Counted from the stretch's first letter, positions 38,318 through 50,006 are shown. The stretch: DNA of 64,000 nt from Pseudomonadota bacterium (GCA_023423535.1 JAFAFL010000097.1:1-64000); one strand, 5' to 3'. Translations and numbers: made by a program. The notes: a model not told the origin generated them from the letters alone.

Positions 38318-39259
38318 ATGGACGTGGGGCTTCTGTGGGTGCCCCTGGGCGTGATGGGGGCTGCCGGGCTGATGGTGGCGGCGTTGAGCTGGGGCTCTTC
38401 GCGTGTGACGGCCTTCCCAGCGATGGGAGCTCCAGGCCTGCTGCGCCCCGGCGTGTGGGCCGCGGCGTTGGGACTGCTCGTGCTGACCTTCGTCGCGCAG
38501 CTCGGGGTCGTGCCGGGGCTTTCCGGTTTCGCGCTCGGCACCGAGACGTTGGCGCTGTTGTGCGGTGTGGCGATGTTGTCCGGCGCGGGTGCGCTGACCT
38601 GGCGAGCGAACCGGTTGCGCCGCAGCGCGGAGCTGGCGATCTCGTCGGAGCCGCTGAGCCTCGATCAGGCGGTGGAGCGCGCGCGTGCGACGGGCAAGCC
38701 GGTGCAGGGGATCTTCCGCGGCCGCATCGCCTCCGACGAAGTGGTGACCTCTCCCTCCGGCGTCGTCTGCGCGTTCTACGCGTCCGAGCTGCGGGCGGGT
38801 GGTGCGGTGCCCGATCGCAAGGGCCCGCTCGTCAGCAGCGAGCGCGGCTTCGGCACCACGCTCTGGCTGAAGGGTGAGCGCGTGACCGCTTCGGTCTCCT
38901 TCCATCCGGAGCTCTTGCGCGCGCCGGAGGAGATCCGCCGCTGCACGGTGTTCTCGCGCATGACCGCCGGCCTTCGCGGCGCGATCGCGGAGGGCGAGCT
39001 GCCGGAGGAGGTGACCGCCTTCGAGCGCATCGGTCGGCTCGGGGACGCGTGCTACGTCGTCGGTGAGCTGCGCGCGGGTCCGGTCTCGGGAGGCTGGGAG
39101 ATCCGCGGGGCGGGGAGTGGCCCTGCGCCGGTGGTCGTCGGTGTGGAGCCGAAGGGGCTCGGAGGCTCGGCGTTGAAGCGGGCGGTCGCATCGTTCGCCG
39201 CCGCGGTGGCGCTGTGCATCGGTGCCGCGTGGCTGCTGGCGAGCTTCGGTCCGCTCTAG
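38318..39259 (+). CDS. Hypothetical integral membrane protein (N-terminal TM helices, soluble domain, C-terminal TM); ORF may start at 38222
   Basis: Hydrophobic segments at both termini; no recognisable catalytic motif. Confidence 0.45.
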   Translation: MDVGLLWVPLGVMGAAGLMVAALSWGSSRVTAFPAMGAPGLLRPGVWAAALGLLVLTFVAQLGVVPGLSGFALGTETLALLCGVAMLSGAGALTWRANRLRRSAELAISSEPLSLDQAVERARATGKPVQGIFRGRIASDEVVTSPSGVVCAFYASELRAGGAVPDRKGPLVSSERGFGTTLWLKGERVTASVSFHPELLRAPEEIRRCTVFSRMTAGLRGAIAEGELPEEVTAFERIGRLGDACYVVGELRAGPVSGGWEIRGAGSGPAPVVVGVEPKGLGGSALKRAVASFAAAVALCIGAAWLLASFGPL

Positions 39260-39296
39260 CTTGCAGGCCGCGCGCGGCCGTGATTGCTGTGGCCGG

Positions 39297-40565
39297 ATGT
39301 CACTGCGGGTTGGGATCGACTTCGGGACCTCGAACAGCGCGGCCGCCATTCCGGGAGCGGACGTCTCCGAGCCGGCACAGGTGCTCTCGCTGGATCCGCA
39401 CGGGGAGGATCCGCGCCTCTTCCGTTCGGCGCTCTTCTTCCCCGAGCACGAGAAGGACGTCTTCGCCGGCGGCGAGGCGATCCTGCGCTACCTCGAGGAC
39501 GACGAGGGCCGCTTCATCCAGTCGGTGAAGACCTTCCTCCCCTCCGCGAGCTTCACCGCCACCGAGATCCGCCGGCGCAGCTACAAGCTCGAGGCGATCG
39601 TCGCGCTGGTGCTGCAGCGGATGCGCGCGCGGATCGAAGAGCTCACCGGGAGCACGATCGACAAGGTCGTGTTCGGAAGGCCCGCGGTGTTCTCGCCGGA
39701 TCCGGAAAAGGACGCGCTGGCGCAGGACCGGCTCACGCGCAGCGCGGAGCTGGCGGGCTTTCCCACGCCGACCTTCGTCATCGAGCCCATCGCCGCGGCG
39801 CTCGGCTACGAGGCGGGTCTCGACCGCGACGAGTGGGTGCTGGTGGGAGACTTCGGCGCGGGCACGAGCGACTTCACCCTGATGCGGCTCGGTCCTTCGC
39901 GGCGCGGCGTGATCGACCGGCGCGAGGACGTGGTGGCCTCGGGCGGCGTGTACATCGGCGGCGACAAGTTCGACGCGGCGCTGGTGGAGCACCGGCTCCT
40001 GCCGCGCTTCGGAGAGGGCGCGACGTACCTCGCGGGCGCGACGAGCCAGCGGCCACTGCCGTTGCCGACGTGGATGCCGCGGCGGGTGCTCGCGTGGCAC
40101 GAGCTGATGCTCCTGCGCGAGCGCAGCACGCTCGAGTTCCTGCGCAACGCGATCGACACCTCGGACCGCCCGAGCGACGTGGAGAACCTCCTGCGGCTGG
40201 TGGAGGAGAACCTCGCGTTCCACCTCTATAGGGCCGTGGAGCGCGCGAAGCGTGAGCTGGGGGAGAGGGACGAGGCGGTGATCCAGTTCTCCGAAGGAGA
40301 CATCGAGCTCGAGGAGCGCGTCACCCGCGCCGAGTTCGAGGCGTGGACCGCGCCCTTGCGGCAGTCGCTGGAGGAGACCGTGGACGGCGTGCTCGCGAGG
40401 GCGGGCGGCGTGCAGCCGGACACGGTGTTCCTCACCGGCGGCACGTCGAAGATCCCGTCGGTCCGCGCGCTCTTCGAGCGGAAGTTCGGCGCGGAGAGAT
40501 TGCGCAGCGGAGACGCGTTCACCTCCGTGGTCGCGGGGCTCGGGCGAGCGGCCGCAACGCTCTAG
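39297..40565 (+). CDS. yegD: Hsp70-family ATPase of the YegD type (actin-like ATPase fold; no substrate-binding lid)
   Basis: Phosphate-1 motif VGIDFGTSNS, adenosine motif VLVGDFGAGTSD, VFLTGGTSKIPSV; 422 aa. Confidence 0.75.
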   Translation: MSLRVGIDFGTSNSAAAIPGADVSEPAQVLSLDPHGEDPRLFRSALFFPEHEKDVFAGGEAILRYLEDDEGRFIQSVKTFLPSASFTATEIRRRSYKLEAIVALVLQRMRARIEELTGSTIDKVVFGRPAVFSPDPEKDALAQDRLTRSAELAGFPTPTFVIEPIAAALGYEAGLDRDEWVLVGDFGAGTSDFTLMRLGPSRRGVIDRREDVVASGGVYIGGDKFDAALVEHRLLPRFGEGATYLAGATSQRPLPLPTWMPRRVLAWHELMLLRERSTLEFLRNAIDTSDRPSDVENLLRLVEENLAFHLYRAVERAKRELGERDEAVIQFSEGDIELEERVTRAEFEAWTAPLRQSLEETVDGVLARAGGVQPDTVFLTGGTSKIPSVRALFERKFGAERLRSGDAFTSVVAGLGRAAATL

Positions 40566-40577
40566 AAGGATGACCTC

Positions 40578-43373
40578 TCAGGCGCCGAGGTTTGCCCACT
40601 TCGTCTGCGCATCGTCCTCCCAGAACTCGGCGTGCGGCAGGTAGCGCTGCGCACCGCGGAGGTCGCAGCCGTGGAGCGGAATGCCGGAGGGGAAGGGACC
40701 TTCCGGACGCCATCCCGCCGAGTTGATCCGGTTCACCTGGTTGGCGAAGTAGCGGGGATCCGCGCCGGCCGGTTGGAAGAGCCGCCACGCGTTCGCGCCC
40801 CGGCGCACCTCCGTCTGGCAGCGCCTCGGTCCCAAGCTGCGTTCACTCGCGCCCGCCCACCAGTCGCCTCGCGTGCGCAGCCAGCCGGTCTTCTGCGCGA
40901 TCGCGAAGTGGACGTGCGACGCGAGCCGGAACAGCCCATCCCCGAGGTGCGCGTCCACCGTCGTCGTGCGCTTCGGTTCGAACGCGGGCGCGTAGGAATC
41001 CGGCGCCTGCGGTGCGGCCCACTGGATGATCTCCGCCGCGAAGAGCCCGGGCTGCGGACGCAGGTGCACGCCCTCCGCCCACCAGTCCCACAGGTCGGCC
41101 AATCCGTCGCGCACGCGGAGCCAGGGTTCGAGGTCCCCGCCACGTTCCCGCCGTTCTTCGAGCTCCCGCGAGAGCAGCGCGCGCAGGTGCTCTGAGACGT
41201 CGCGCGACAGCCAGTGTGGACCGAGCAACCTCCCCAGCGATCTCGAGAGAGCGAAGCGCGGATCGTCCCTGCCGAAGTCGCGCCAGTAGTCGGTGCGCTC
41301 GGGCAGAGGGGAGGGCGCCTCGAGCCCCCACGCCTTCAGCGTCTCCACCAGCTCTTCGGCGAAGAGGTACTCGCGGAAGGACGCGTGCAGCAGCTCGATG
41401 CCCTCTGCACCGTCTCGCACGTGGAAGCTGCGGCGCAGCGCGAGCAGCTCTTCCTGCGTGACCCTTCCCTCGAGTCGCGCTGAGAGTTCGCGTTCGGTCA
41501 CCGCCTCCTGCGCCAACGCGCTGGCGGCCACGGCGGCCGAACGGAGGATGCTGCGCAACGTCTCCGGCTCGAGCTCCGATTCCGAACCCGTCAGCGTGAT
41601 CGTCCGATCGACCAGCGCCCGCTGCAGCGCGGTGTGATCGGCCACTGACGGATCATCCGTCCCAGCGAGGACCTGCAGCGCGAGGTGCGCCAGCAGCGGC
41701 GTGCCGAGCACCTCCAGGCTGCCGCAATCCATTGCGCCGTGCTGCTTCCGGCGACGGCCCTTCGCGCGTTTCGTTCGACTCTTCTGGTCCGGACCACCGA
41801 CACCTACGCCTGCGTTTGCACGTGCCCGTGCACGGAAGTCGCGCGTGTACTTCACCAGCACCGGCTCCAGCTTCGACCCATCCCAGCGCCGCCACGCGGA
41901 GCTCATGGGCGCCGTCAGGGGCCTCACGTCCAGCGCGGTTCCCACGCGCCGAACGAGCTCTCGCAGGCGCTCTGGCCGCAGCGGCCGGAGGCTGAAGACG
42001 GGGGTCGCGTCGCGAAGAAAGTGGCTCTCGGTCAGATCCCGTCCGGGCCTGCCGGTGAGGATCACGCGGACGGGCGCGCCGCCGGAGGTGGGGGAGAGGT
42101 ACTCCGCGCGAACCTGCTCGAGCATGCGGGACACTCGGTCGCGGAAGTCTCGGCTCACCGAGAGCGGGAGCTCGTCCCAGCCATCGAGCACGAGCACGTA
42201 CGGACAGATCCGCGCGCCACGAAACGGCACCGCGCTTCCGCTCCGGAAGATCGCGCCATCGAGAAAGAGCGCGTCGGGCGCAGGCTTCGTCGTCCCGTGC
42301 GGCACCTCCACCGCGTGCGGCAGGGCCTCGCGCAGATGGACGTCGAGCCGCAGGTCGCGCAGGCGAACCCGCACCGGCCGCAGCCCTTCGTCCTGAAGCC
42401 GCGCACACAGCGCGAGCGTGAACGCCGTCTTCCCGCTGCCCGCCGCGCCCTGGATCACCACCGCGTCCCGGAACTTCGGATCCGCCAGCCGCGCGAGGAC
42501 CTCCTCCATCAGGTCGTGCCGTCCGCCGACCTCCTCGCGAAACGGGTCCACGCGCTTCGAGCGACCCGTCAGCTCTCGCCCCGTGCACCTGCCTGCCTCG
42601 GCCGCGACGTACACGTCCGACAGCGCGAAGGGCTCGGAGTCGAAGAGCGGCTGCGTTTCGAAAAGCGACCTCTGCAGCCGGCCATGTGCGGCCAGCGCGG
42701 CGAAGGCCACCCGCTCCCGGGCGCCCAGCCCGAGCAGGTCGGTGAACGGCTTGAAGCGTTCCGCGGTCGCGCCGTGGGAGAGCAGTGCCTTCAGCGTCGG
42801 CACGAAGCGTTCACGGACGCCGACCGACAACGCGGTCACCTGCGCGGGCCGGTAGCCCACGCCCTCCGCCACACTGCGGAAGGTCTCGTCCGCGCGCGAG
42901 ACGAACGGATGGCAGAGCGCGTCCTCGAGCGAGAACGTGCCCAGATCGATCGCGTGCAACTCTCCGTTTTCACCCGCGTTTTCGACCCGCGCCTTCAGCT
43001 GGGCCCGCAGCTCCGGCGGGACCTCGCGCGCCTGATCCGGACGGCCGACGTGCGCGACCGCCTGTTCCACCGCGCGCTGGTACGCGACCGTGCACGCGAG
43101 CCACCCGAGCACCAACGGATCCGGCTGCTTCGTCCAGCGCTCGAACGCGCGCATCACGAAGCGCACCGGCGGCACCACGTCGCTCACCACCTCGCCGACG
43201 ACTCCTGCCCACGGCACCGCGGCGGCGACGGCGGCGGGGAAATCCGTGTCGCGAAATCCCTCGATGGCGGTCCAGAGGAACTCGGTCACCGAACGCAGGT
43301 GACCCATCAATGGATGCGGATCGCTTCGGCGCAGGGCGTGGGGGAGCGCGGTCGTCACGCCCTCATTGTGCAC
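40578..43373 (-). CDS. 931-aa NACHT-family (STAND) NTPase with a ~290-aa N-terminal domain of unknown function and a ~300-aa non-repeat C-terminal region
   Basis: Walker A VIQGAAGSGKTAFT; NACHT-type Walker B YVLVLDGWDEL (DGxDE); no TPR/WD/LRR repeats recognisable. Confidence 0.65.
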   Translation of the reverse strand: MHNEGVTTALPHALRRSDPHPLMGHLRSVTEFLWTAIEGFRDTDFPAAVAAAVPWAGVVGEVVSDVVPPVRFVMRAFERWTKQPDPLVLGWLACTVAYQRAVEQAVAHVGRPDQAREVPPELRAQLKARVENAGENGELHAIDLGTFSLEDALCHPFVSRADETFRSVAEGVGYRPAQVTALSVGVRERFVPTLKALLSHGATAERFKPFTDLLGLGARERVAFAALAAHGRLQRSLFETQPLFDSEPFALSDVYVAAEAGRCTGRELTGRSKRVDPFREEVGGRHDLMEEVLARLADPKFRDAVVIQGAAGSGKTAFTLALCARLQDEGLRPVRVRLRDLRLDVHLREALPHAVEVPHGTTKPAPDALFLDGAIFRSGSAVPFRGARICPYVLVLDGWDELPLSVSRDFRDRVSRMLEQVRAEYLSPTSGGAPVRVILTGRPGRDLTESHFLRDATPVFSLRPLRPERLRELVRRVGTALDVRPLTAPMSSAWRRWDGSKLEPVLVKYTRDFRARARANAGVGVGGPDQKSRTKRAKGRRRKQHGAMDCGSLEVLGTPLLAHLALQVLAGTDDPSVADHTALQRALVDRTITLTGSESELEPETLRSILRSAAVAASALAQEAVTERELSARLEGRVTQEELLALRRSFHVRDGAEGIELLHASFREYLFAEELVETLKAWGLEAPSPLPERTDYWRDFGRDDPRFALSRSLGRLLGPHWLSRDVSEHLRALLSRELEERRERGGDLEPWLRVRDGLADLWDWWAEGVHLRPQPGLFAAEIIQWAAPQAPDSYAPAFEPKRTTTVDAHLGDGLFRLASHVHFAIAQKTGWLRTRGDWWAGASERSLGPRRCQTEVRRGANAWRLFQPAGADPRYFANQVNRINSAGWRPEGPFPSGIPLHGCDLRGAQRYLPHAEFWEDDAQTKWANLGA

Positions 43374-43380
43374 GGGCTCG

Positions 43381-44940
<1,560 letters not shown>

Positions 44941-44952
44941 CCGCGCTCCTCT

Positions 44953-45786
44953 CTAGCCGCAGAGCACGATGCGCTTGCCCTCGCGCGCCGGCTCCGCGCT
45001 GCTGCACCAGGTGCGCGCCTCCTCGGCCATGTTCTCCACCATGTCGTCGTTGTGCGCGGGGTCGTGGTGGAAGAGGAGCAGCCGCTTCGCGCCGACCATC
45101 GATGCGATCTTCGCGGCCTCGATCATCGTGGAGTGACCCCAGCCCTTGCGCGGAGGACCGGAGCGCCCTTCGTATTCGTCCGGCGTGTACTGGCCGTCGA
45201 GGCACAGCGCGTCCACGCCGCTCATCGCCCGCGCGATCTCTTCGGGCAGCGTGTCGTGGGAGAGCTCCACGTCGGTGGCGTAGAAGAAGGCGCGGCCGTC
45301 CGCTTCGATCCGGTAGCCGAGACATCCTTGAGGATGCGGCAGGGCGACGGGCAGCACGCGGAAGGGGCCGGCCTCGAACGCGTGGCCAGCGAGGGCGCTG
45401 CGAAACTCGAGCGAGCCCTTCATCGCGGAGAGCGGAACGGGGAAGGACGGCGGCTGCATCTGCTTGTCGAGCACCGCGCGCAGAGAGTGGTCACCGCCTT
45501 CGCCGGGGCCGTAGAGCGTCAGCGAAGAGCCGGGCAGATAGGCCGGCGTGAAGAAGGGGAAGCCCTGCACGTGGTCCCAGTGCAGGTGGCTCCACAACAT
45601 CGTGGCCTCCAGCTGACCCGCCTTCACCATCGCGTCCCCGAGGCCTCGCACGCCGGTCCCCGCATCGAGGATCAGCCGGTGTCCGCCATGGGTGAGCTCC
45701 ACGCACGAGGTGTTTCCGCCGATCCGCGCGACGTGCGAACCCGACGCCGCCACACTTCCTCGAACGCCCCAGAACCGAACCTCCAT
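44953..45786 (-). CDS. MBL-fold metallo-hydrolase
   Basis: HLHWDHVQG (HxHxDH) motif; strong SD (AAGGAGG) 7 nt upstream of ATG. Confidence 0.75.
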   Translation of the reverse strand: MEVRFWGVRGSVAASGSHVARIGGNTSCVELTHGGHRLILDAGTGVRGLGDAMVKAGQLEATMLWSHLHWDHVQGFPFFTPAYLPGSSLTLYGPGEGGDHSLRAVLDKQMQPPSFPVPLSAMKGSLEFRSALAGHAFEAGPFRVLPVALPHPQGCLGYRIEADGRAFFYATDVELSHDTLPEEIARAMSGVDALCLDGQYTPDEYEGRSGPPRKGWGHSTMIEAAKIASMVGAKRLLLFHHDPAHNDDMVENMAEEARTWCSSAEPAREGKRIVLCG

Positions 45787-45842
45787 GTCAGCCTCCTTGC
45801 TTCGGCACCGTGACGCCGGCGCCGCATCCGGGAAGTGACCTG

Positions 45843-45858
45843 AGCAGCGGATGTGCCA
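45843..45858 (-). promoter_or_regulatory. Candidate sigma-54 (-24/-12) promoter TGGCAC-ATCCG-CTGCT upstream of the MBL hydrolase / GAF-activator operon
   Basis: One mismatch to the TGGCAC-N5-TTGC consensus with correct GG/GC spacing; about 45-nt leader to ATG; activator gene adjacent. Confidence 0.5.
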
Positions 45859-46182
45859 GCGGTAACCTCGCGGAATCACTGCAATGCGACCGCGCCGGAC
45901 GGGAGCGATGATCCAGAGTGGTGCAGTGAGGGTGATCGAAGGTGGAGCGGTAGAGGTCTCTTCGCCGGCCTGAGTGAGTGTCACTCACACCCTCCGTGCG
46001 TCGCACTGCGGGGCATCCGGCGATTTGGGCTGCCATGTCCGTCCCTCGCGGTATGAGCCATTTCCAGTTTCGACCTGTCCGCAGGCCGCTCAGGCAGTCA
46101 CAGTTTTTCTGTTTGAAGCGGACTGTCTGTGTGTGCAGATTTTTTGTCGTAACCGCGATTTTACAGTCGCCAAAAGTGAGAC

Positions 46183-47202
46183 ATGGCAGCCCTCGACCTT
46201 TCGACCCTCTCCGCGCCTCCGGGTGCGGCAGAGCCGGCGTCCGTGCATGCGCCGGCGCCGCTCATCTCCATCGTCATCCCCACCTTCCGCCGGGCGGTCG
46301 CGCTGCGTCGTGCGCTGGCGAGCTGCACTGTCCAGGTGCCGGTGCCGGATGCGGAGATCGTCGTGGTGGACAACTGTCCGCACGGCTCGGCGCGCGAGCT
46401 GGTGAACGTGTTCGCTTCTTCGTCGTCGCTGCCGGTCCGCTACGTCCACGAGCGCACCGCCGGTGTGGCGGCGGCGCGGGATGCGGGCGTGGCCACGGCC
46501 CGGGGAACCTTCATCGCGTTCCTCGACGACGACGAGGAGGCGGCGCCGCAGTGGCTGGCGGAGCTGCTGCGCGCGCAGGCCCAGCTGCAGGCGGACGTCG
46601 TCTTCGGCCCTGTCGTTGCGAGGGCGGAGCCGGGCGCGGGAGAGGAGACGGACGCGGGGGTCCTCGAGGAGGCGCTGCGGATCTTCGGGCGCAGCTTTCC
46701 GGAAGGGACCGGGCCCATGAAGCCTTCACGCCACGCGCTGCTGGGGACGGGGAACTCGCTCTTCCGGCGCGAGCTGCTCGCGGGCAGGCGGTTCGATCCG
46801 TCACTGGGCCTGACCGGTGGCGAGGACAGCGCGATGCTCAAGCCGCTCATCCTCGAAGGTCGGAGCATCGCCTGGTCGAGGGAGGCGGTCGTCTCCGAAT
46901 ACGTCCCCGAGCAGCGCCTCACCCTGCGCTCGATCATGTCGAGGCGCTTCAGCGCGGGTCAGGGACGGACCGCGACCTGCGCCCTCACCGAACCTCGCCA
47001 GCCGGTGAAGGCGGCGCAGTGGATGGTCATCGGCGCGGCGCAGGCGGTGCTCTCCGCGGGCGCGGCGGCGGCGGCCGTGGTGGTGAAGCCTTCACGAGCG
47101 GCGGCCTATGCAGCGTCTGCCGCGGCCGGGGCGGGGAAGGTCCTCTGGATGTGGCCCTTCCGGATCCGGCGGTATCCGACGCTCGAAGAGCGCCTGCGCT
47201 GA
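46183..47202 (+). CDS. Family 2 glycosyltransferase
   Basis: ISIVIPTFRR, DNCPHGS, FLDDDE (DxD) motifs. Confidence 0.8.
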   Translation: MAALDLSTLSAPPGAAEPASVHAPAPLISIVIPTFRRAVALRRALASCTVQVPVPDAEIVVVDNCPHGSARELVNVFASSSSLPVRYVHERTAGVAAARDAGVATARGTFIAFLDDDEEAAPQWLAELLRAQAQLQADVVFGPVVARAEPGAGEETDAGVLEEALRIFGRSFPEGTGPMKPSRHALLGTGNSLFRRELLAGRRFDPSLGLTGGEDSAMLKPLILEGRSIAWSREAVVSEYVPEQRLTLRSIMSRRFSAGQGRTATCALTEPRQPVKAAQWMVIGAAQAVLSAGAAAAAVVVKPSRAAAYAASAAAGAGKVLWMWPFRIRRYPTLEERLR

Positions 47203-47215
47203 GGCTTGTTAGGCG

Positions 47216-47494
47216 CTAACGCCGGCTGGGCCTGCCGCGACGCTTGAGGACCTTCAGCGCCACGCCACCGGTGATCGCGACCGCCAGACCGCCGAGCAGC
47301 GCGAGGATGCCCAGATCGATCCAGTAAGCGGGCACCCGACAGGCCCGCTCGGAAGCGGTCCGGGTGATCTGACCGCAGGTGTCCGGCGCCGCGGCCGCGA
47401 GGCCCACGCCCACCGTCATGAGGATCGCGCCGGCGATCATCGCCAGCGTTCCGCAAACCGCCGCGATGGCGAGCGCGCGCTTCAGTCCTTCCAC
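47216..47494 (-). CDS. Small membrane protein (92 aa), last gene of the Mla-like operon
   Basis: Two hydrophobic helices; overlaps Mce gene stop by 13 bp. Confidence 0.4.
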   Translation of the reverse strand: MEGLKRALAIAAVCGTLAMIAGAILMTVGVGLAAAAPDTCGQITRTASERACRVPAYWIDLGILALLGGLAVAITGGVALKVLKRRGRPSRR

Positions 47495-48507
47495 AGGATC
47501 TTCCAGGGGTTCTTGCGCAGCTCGGAGACGAGCGCGCGGATGTCGTCGTACAGCTGCCGATCCTGCGCCAGCGCGCCGAGCGTGCCGGCATCGGGATCGA
47601 AGAGGGGCTCGACGCGCTTGAGGATGGTCTCCCCGCGAGTGGCGATGGACTCGAGCTTCTCGCCCGCCGCGGTGTAGCGGTCGATCGCCAGCTTCAGCTT
47701 GCGCATGTCCTCTTCGGTGAACTCGCCGGAGAGCAGCGCCGCCTGTCCGAGCACCCGGCGCGCGTCCTCGGTCATCACCGGCACGTCGCGGCGGAGGGTC
47801 TTCGTGACCGCGGTCGCATCGTTGAGCAACCGGTCACCTCGGCCGCCCGGCTCCATCGCCTCGCGTGCGGTGGCCGCCAGCGCGCGCATGTCCTTTGCCG
47901 CCGCGGAGAGCTCCTTCGCCAGCGTGCCGATCTCCTCGCGGTTCTCCTCCAGCAGCACGTCCACGTTGCGCGTGAGCCGGGTGACGGAGCCCACCAGCTC
48001 GCCCGCGCCTTCCGGGGGCTGGTCGAGCAGACCCGCGAACCGGTCGAGCATCCGCGAGAGCTGCAGGGCGACGAGATCGAGCCTCGGCGCGTCGGTGCCG
48101 CGGAGGGTCGCACCCGGCTCGAGCGGCGGCGCGTCCTTCGAGCCCGGATGGAGCTCGAGGTAGGGCTCGCCGAGCGGCCCGACCGTCGCCACCGTCACGC
48201 CGGTGTCCCGCTTCAGCGCGCTCATGGCGAAGGGCTCCACCGACACCGCAAGGCGCACCGGCAGGGGCTGTCCCGCTTCGTCGCGCCGGTTCGGCTCGAG
48301 CTCGATCGACTCGACGCGTCCGACCGTCACGCCACCCAGTTTCACCGGCGCGCCTCGGACGACGTTGCCCGTGTGCGAGAAGAGGATGTTCACCGCCGGA
48401 TCGCGGCCGAGCCGCAGCTCGCCCATGAGGAAGAGCAGCCCGAGCACGCCGGCCACGCCGACGAGCACCAACGCGCCGACCTTGATCTCCAACCGCCGCT
48501 CGTCCAT
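47482..48507 (-). CDS. MlaD/Mce-family substrate-binding protein
   Basis: N-terminal TM anchor; MCE domain (VRGAPVKLGGVTVGRVESIEL); helical C-terminal region. Confidence 0.8.
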   Translation of the reverse strand: MDERRLEIKVGALVLVGVAGVLGLLFLMGELRLGRDPAVNILFSHTGNVVRGAPVKLGGVTVGRVESIELEPNRRDEAGQPLPVRLAVSVEPFAMSALKRDTGVTVATVGPLGEPYLELHPGSKDAPPLEPGATLRGTDAPRLDLVALQLSRMLDRFAGLLDQPPEGAGELVGSVTRLTRNVDVLLEENREEIGTLAKELSAAAKDMRALAATAREAMEPGGRGDRLLNDATAVTKTLRRDVPVMTEDARRVLGQAALLSGEFTEEDMRKLKLAIDRYTAAGEKLESIATRGETILKRVEPLFDPDAGTLGALAQDRQLYDDIRALVSELRKNPWKILWKD

Positions 48508-48528
48508 GCCGTCCGTGTCCCTGAGCCC

Positions 48529-49266
48529 CTAGAGCTGCACCGGTTCGAGGAGCGCGCGCACCTCCGGATCCGGTGAGCCGAGGAACGCCTGGCGGTCCCT
48601 GTACAACCGCGCGCCGCCGCCCGCCACCAGCACCACCCGATCCGCCAGCCGCGAGAGCAGCGGATAATCGTGCGACACCACCAGCGCGCCAAGCCCTTCC
48701 TCGCGCAGCCGCACCAGCACGTCCGCCACCTGCCGCGCCGAGGGATGATCGAGCCCCGTGGTCGGTTCGTCGAAGAGGAGGTAGCGCGGCTGCAGCAGCA
48801 GCGCCCGTGCAATGGCGGCCCGCTTGCGAACGCCGGGACCCACCTCCGGCGGCTTCCGATCCGCGGCGTCACCGAGGCCCACGCGCGCGAGCTGCGCTGC
48901 GACCGCGTCGTGCGACGCCTTCGGATCCGCCAGCGCCACGTTCTGCCGCAGGGTCAGCCAGTCGAGCAGCGCCGGACCTTGCACGAGGTAGGGCGCCCCC
49001 CGGCGCAGCGCGAGCAATTGGCGTTCGCTGCGACCGGTGACGCGCTCGCCGAAGAGGAGGATCTCGCCTGCGTCCGCGCGATCGAGTCCCACCGCGAGGC
49101 GGCAGAACACGCTCTTGCCCGCGCCGCTCTTGCCGACGACGAAGGTCACGCCCGAAGAGGGCACCGACACCGAGACGTCCTTCAGCACCGGCCGGCCGGA
49201 GAAGGCCTTGTGCACGGAGCGAAGCTCCACCGCGGGCACGCGCTCTGGTCGGTCAGCGGAGCTCAT
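48529..49266 (-). CDS. ABC transporter ATP-binding protein (MlaF-like)
   Basis: Walker A GKSGAGKSV, Walker B LLFDEPTTGLD; start MSSADRP overlaps permease stop by 4 bp. Confidence 0.8.
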   Translation of the reverse strand: MSSADRPERVPAVELRSVHKAFSGRPVLKDVSVSVPSSGVTFVVGKSGAGKSVFCRLAVGLDRADAGEILLFGERVTGRSERQLLALRRGAPYLVQGPALLDWLTLRQNVALADPKASHDAVAAQLARVGLGDAADRKPPEVGPGVRKRAAIARALLLQPRYLLFDEPTTGLDHPSARQVADVLVRLREEGLGALVVSHDYPLLSRLADRVVLVAGGGARLYRDRQAFLGSPDPEVRALLEPVQL

Positions 49267-50006
49267 GCGCCGAGGATGAGGAACGCGAACGCGACCACGA
49301 GGTCGATGACGAGACAGCCGAGCACCGCGGCGACGACGCCCTCGGTGGTGGCCTGTCCGACTGCCGCGGAGCCACCGCGCGCGCCGAGCCCTCGCCACGC
49401 CGCGGCGAGCGGGACGTAGATTCCGCAGAGCACCGTCTTGAGGAGGAAGGACGCGAGGTCGCCGCCATCCACGAAGCGCGGATCGAGAAAGGCCCAACCG
49501 TCGGCGCCGTAGACGAAGTGCGCGGCACCCGAGGCAGCGAGCGCGGCGGTGCCGGTGCCGAGGATGCAGATCAGCGGGAACGCGATCATCCCGCCCAGCA
49601 CGCGCGGCGCCACGAGGTCGGTGAGCGGATGGCCGGCGGACATCTCCAGGGCCTCGACCTGCTCGTTGACCGTCATGGAGGAGAGTTCGGAGGCGTAGCG
49701 GGCAGAGCCTCGCGAGGCGGCGAGGAGGGCGGAGGTGAGAGGACCGAACTCGCGCAGGAGCAGCTCGAAGTAGGCCGAGCCGATGGTGCTGAGGTTGCCG
49801 GTGAAGCGGCGGGCCTGCGCGTCCGCGATGGTGATCATCACGAAGCCGAAGAAGGCCATCCCCGAACCCACGAGCCAGGCGCTGCGGTTGCCCAGCTGGT
49901 GGACCTCGCGCAGCACCGCGCGGAACGAGACGCCACGCCGGCCCACTGCGCGGACGGTGCGCACGAGCATCCACGCAGGACCTCCCACGCGCTGCAGGAT
50001 CGTCAT
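49263..50006 (-). CDS. ABC transporter permease (MlaE-like)
   Basis: MlaE-type permease features; start MTILQRV overlaps upstream gene stop by 4 bp. Confidence 0.75.
   Translation of the reverse strand: MTILQRVGGPAWMLVRTVRAVGRRGVSFRAVLREVHQLGNRSAWLVGSGMAFFGFVMITIADAQARRFTGNLSTIGSAYFELLLREFGPLTSALLAASRGSARYASELSSMTVNEQVEALEMSAGHPLTDLVAPRVLGGMIAFPLICILGTGTAALAASGAAHFVYGADGWAFLDPRFVDGGDLASFLLKTVLCGIYVPLAAAWRGLGARGGSAAVGQATTEGVVAAVLGCLVIDLVVAFAFLILGA

Noticed and set aside
40578-41400. C-terminal ~300 aa of the NACHT NTPase as a formylglycine-generating-enzyme (FGE-sulfatase) domain
   Set aside because: Only loose resemblance (RGDWWAG, GIPLHGC). The ordered hallmark motifs of FGE (…GNVWEW…RGGSW…GFRC) are not present, so it is left unassigned.
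45984-46183. Small RNA or riboswitch in the relatively AT-rich intergenic region upstream of the GT2 gene
   Set aside because: No recognisable conserved riboswitch core or terminator structure could be identified by eye. It is most parsimoniously a promoter region.
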